Assembly: GCA_043747955.1 (NCBI GenBank)
Contig: JAYTOF010000159.1
Span: 1 to 63,038, forward strand
DNA from: Chitinophagaceae bacterium
GTDB taxonomy: Bacteria; Bacteroidota; Bacteroidia; Chitinophagales; Chitinophagaceae
Length of the DNA: 63,038 bases
Direction of reading: 5' to 3'
Made by a program: the position numbers and the translations under genes. Below, piece after piece: positions 60,513 through 63,038 of this stretch. The notes beneath the pieces are model-generated. The model did not search any database, was not told where the DNA came from, and saw only the letters and a list, made by a program, of their open reading frames with translations. Every line of letters starts with the position of its first letter. The stretch's first letter is position 1.

Positions 60513-61844
60513 ATGCGAATAGTACTCATTACTATTGCAGCAGCCTGTATATTATCGGCCTGCAATACAAAAAAAGATTATGAAAAAATTATTCATGATC
60601 CGATGTTATTTTCAAATACTGTACATGAATTGAACCAGGTGGTGATGGGCAATAATTTCAGCCCGATAGTCGCATCCCGCAATTATGCCTATGCCAGCAT
60701 AGCAGCTTATGAAGTTATGGCAGCAGGAAATTCAGATAAATATTTTTCATTGGCCGGACAACTTCACGGCCTGTCAGATCTTCCTAAACCCGAACCAGGC
60801 AAAAAAATTGATTTTGAACTGGCAGCTATCATTGCTTATTCAAAACTGGGCGAAGCCGTTACATTTCCCGAGGGCAGTATGCATGAATATACTGACAGTA
60901 TTAAAAACCTGGCAAAGGAACACGGAATGACAGCTGAAGTTTTTAAAAACAGTATTGCATTTGCAGACACCGTATCAGCTGTAATATTAAGATGGAGTAA
61001 AAAAGATAATTACCTGCAGTCAAGAACTTTTCCCAGGTACAATGTAATTGATACACCGGGCAGATGGGTGCCCACACCACCTGCATATACCTCTGCCATG
61101 GAACCTCATTGGAATACGATCAGGGCAATGGTAATGGACAGTGCATCGCAATTTATTACACCCAGGCCTCCGGTTTTTAATATGACCGAAAAAAACAGTG
61201 TCTATTACAAAGAGGTAATGAAGGTTAAAAATGCGGTAGATAGTTTAACGGATGAACAAAAACACATAGCTGAATTCTGGGACGACAATCCGTTTAAACT
61301 GAATGTAAGCGGGCACATGATGTTTGGTACAAAAAAGTTTTCACCTCCCGGCCACTGGATGAGCATTGTAGGCATTGCTGCAAAAAAAGCAAACTATGAT
61401 TTTGCCGGAACAGTTTTTGCGTATGGCATTACAGCCATTTCTCAATTTGATGCCTTTATACATTGCTGGGATGAAAAATACCGGAGTAATTATGCCAGGC
61501 CCGAAACAGTGATCAATAAATATGTTGACCAGAACTGGACGCCTTTTTTGCAAACACCTCCTTTCCCTGAATATACCTGTGGACATTCAACTGTTTCGTC
61601 TGCAAATGCCGAAGCATTAACCTATGTATTTGGCGATAATTTTGTGTATACCGATACCAGTGAACTGGAGTTTGGCATTAAAAGCAGGTCATTTACTTCT
61701 TTCAGAAATGCAGCCATCGAAAATAACTGGGCCCGTTTTTACGGTGGTATCCACTTTCATAATTCATGCCTGGTAAGCACAGAATATGGGAAAAAAGTAG
61801 GTGAGTTCATTATTCAGAAACTTAAACTTAGAAAAAATAAATAA
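60513..61844 (+). CDS. Vanadium-dependent haloperoxidase-like / PAP2-superfamily lipoprotein
   Basis: Lipobox ILSAC; K-x6-RP (KYRSNYARP), PPFPEYTCGHS, R-x5-H (RFYGGIH). Confidence 0.85.
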   Translation: MRIVLITIAAACILSACNTKKDYEKIIHDPMLFSNTVHELNQVVMGNNFSPIVASRNYAYASIAAYEVMAAGNSDKYFSLAGQLHGLSDLPKPEPGKKIDFELAAIIAYSKLGEAVTFPEGSMHEYTDSIKNLAKEHGMTAEVFKNSIAFADTVSAVILRWSKKDNYLQSRTFPRYNVIDTPGRWVPTPPAYTSAMEPHWNTIRAMVMDSASQFITPRPPVFNMTEKNSVYYKEVMKVKNAVDSLTDEQKHIAEFWDDNPFKLNVSGHMMFGTKKFSPPGHWMSIVGIAAKKANYDFAGTVFAYGITAISQFDAFIHCWDEKYRSNYARPETVINKYVDQNWTPFLQTPPFPEYTCGHSTVSSANAEALTYVFGDNFVYTDTSELEFGIKSRSFTSFRNAAIENNWARFYGGIHFHNSCLVSTEYGKKVGEFIIQKLKLRKNK

Positions 61845-61901
61845 AGGAATTAAAAGAAACAAATGTTTCAATAATTCATTCAGCATTTAAAATTAAAAAG
61901 T

Positions 61902-62831
61902 ATGCGAAAAATAAATTTTATTGTAATACTGCTTACGATTTTTTATAATACAGCTGCACAAACGGATCTGGACGGACTGATGATGGAAAAAAACTATTTC
62001 TGTGTGGGCCTGACAGCCGGTAAAAGTAGCTGGAAAAATTATTGGGAGGGAACAACGAAAAGAGATAATGCCAACCTGGGCAGGGTGAGTGCTACTCACG
62101 CCATGCTCATGGGTAATTATGGTATTACCGGAAAATTGAATGTGCTTTTTGGCTTGCCCTATATTAAAACAAAAGCAAGTGCCGGGCAATTGGCGGGCCA
62201 GAAAGGCTTACAAGACCTCTCTTTATTTATCAAATGGCAGGCCTGGGATAAACATATAGGAAAGGGGCATGTAAAAACATTTCTAACAGCAGGTTATGCT
62301 TTTCCTGTTTCAAATTACACGCCCGACCTCTTGCCACTCTCCATTGGATTACATAGCAAGAACAGTTTGTTACGGTTGATGGTAGATTATCAGCGAAACA
62401 ACTTATTTGCTACCATTTCGGGCAGTTATGTGTACCGATCAAATGTAACTTTGGACAGAAATACGTATTATACAACCGAATTGCATTATACCAATGAAGT
62501 AAAAATGCCGGATGCTTCTCAATTTAATTTCAGGGCAGGTTATCGCAGCAGCACCTGGATATTTGAAGCCATTCTTGATAAGTGGACAACCCTGGGCGGT
62601 TTTGATATCATTAAAAACAATATGCCCTTTGTAAGTAATAAAATGAATGCAACCACACTGGGCCTTCATGTAAAATACGATACCGATTTTGTGAATGGTC
62701 TTTCTTTTGTTGCAGATGGCAATACAGCTATTGCCGGCAGAAATGTTGGACAAAGTACCGGCTATAGTGCCGGTATATTTTACATTCTTGATTTTACTAA
62801 AAAGAAAAAAGAAACTAAAAAAACAAAATAA
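61902..62831 (+). CDS. Putative outer-membrane beta-barrel protein
   Basis: Signal peptide, alternating amphipathic strands, GLQDLSL..K, terminal YILDF plus basic tail. Confidence 0.6.
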   Translation: MRKINFIVILLTIFYNTAAQTDLDGLMMEKNYFCVGLTAGKSSWKNYWEGTTKRDNANLGRVSATHAMLMGNYGITGKLNVLFGLPYIKTKASAGQLAGQKGLQDLSLFIKWQAWDKHIGKGHVKTFLTAGYAFPVSNYTPDLLPLSIGLHSKNSLLRLMVDYQRNNLFATISGSYVYRSNVTLDRNTYYTTELHYTNEVKMPDASQFNFRAGYRSSTWIFEAILDKWTTLGGFDIIKNNMPFVSNKMNATTLGLHVKYDTDFVNGLSFVADGNTAIAGRNVGQSTGYSAGIFYILDFTKKKKETKKTK

Positions 62832-62876
62832 AACCTTGTAAAAATAATAAAATACAAGTGATTTAAAAACGCTGCA

Positions 62877-62902
62877 AAGTCCACTTCAGGGGAATTAGGG
62901 GT
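62877..62902 (+). repeat. Short hairpin + G-tail element
   Basis: aagtccacttcaggggaattaggggt; GC island in AT-rich intergenic DNA with the same stem-loop-then-G-tail layout as the 36-nt element. Confidence 0.35.
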
Positions 62903-62915
62903 AAACTAAATAATT

Positions 62916-63038
62916 ATGAAAAAGATATTTTTATATACACTGTTAATCAGCTGTGTTCTTTTTACAGCATCCTGCAATAAGAGCATAACAGAGCAAAACC
63001 TTACTTATACAGCCATCAACCCAACAAGGCCCGATGCA
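62916..63038 (+). CDS. Lipoprotein, N-terminal fragment (3'-truncated by window edge)
   Basis: ATG 62916: MKKIFLYTLLISCVLFTASCNKSITEQ..., lipobox TASC, open to window end. Confidence 0.75.
   Translation, partial: MKKIFLYTLLISCVLFTASCNKSITEQNLTYTAINPTRPDA

Overview
A 63-kb chromosomal window from a Bacteroidota bacterium, probably Chitinophagaceae. The assignment is inferred from gene content, a SusC/SusD pair and repeated TAnnTTTG promoter boxes. The left ~35 kb is core and housekeeping: 3' end of metG, a FadN-type beta-oxidation enzyme, two ABC-2 exporters, purQ, DsbD pair, ECF sigma, uvrA, glyA, a nucleotidyltransferase, a Wza/Wzz-like pair, dnaA and tRNA-Ser(GCT). The right ~28 kb is a LacI-associated polysaccharide-utilisation-like locus: SusC, SusD, three tandem ~1100-aa FG-GAP/VCBS + ASPIC/UnbV lipoproteins, GH32, a sugar-porter MFS, GH3, GH65, a PAP2/vanadium-haloperoxidase-like lipoprotein and a beta-barrel protein. 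The most striking unexplained signal is a set of very short GC-rich palindromic elements (18, 21, 27 and 36 nt, plus one compound insert). They occur between genes and also as frame-preserving insertions inside otherwise conserved proteins: UvrA twice, two FG-GAP paralogs, GH3 and GH65. Some appear nested inside other repeats. This resembles Rickettsia-palindromic-element/REP-like mobile DNA adding peptide loops to proteins. No transposase, integrase, CRISPR array or rRNA is visible. All product calls come from motif recognition by eye, not database searches.
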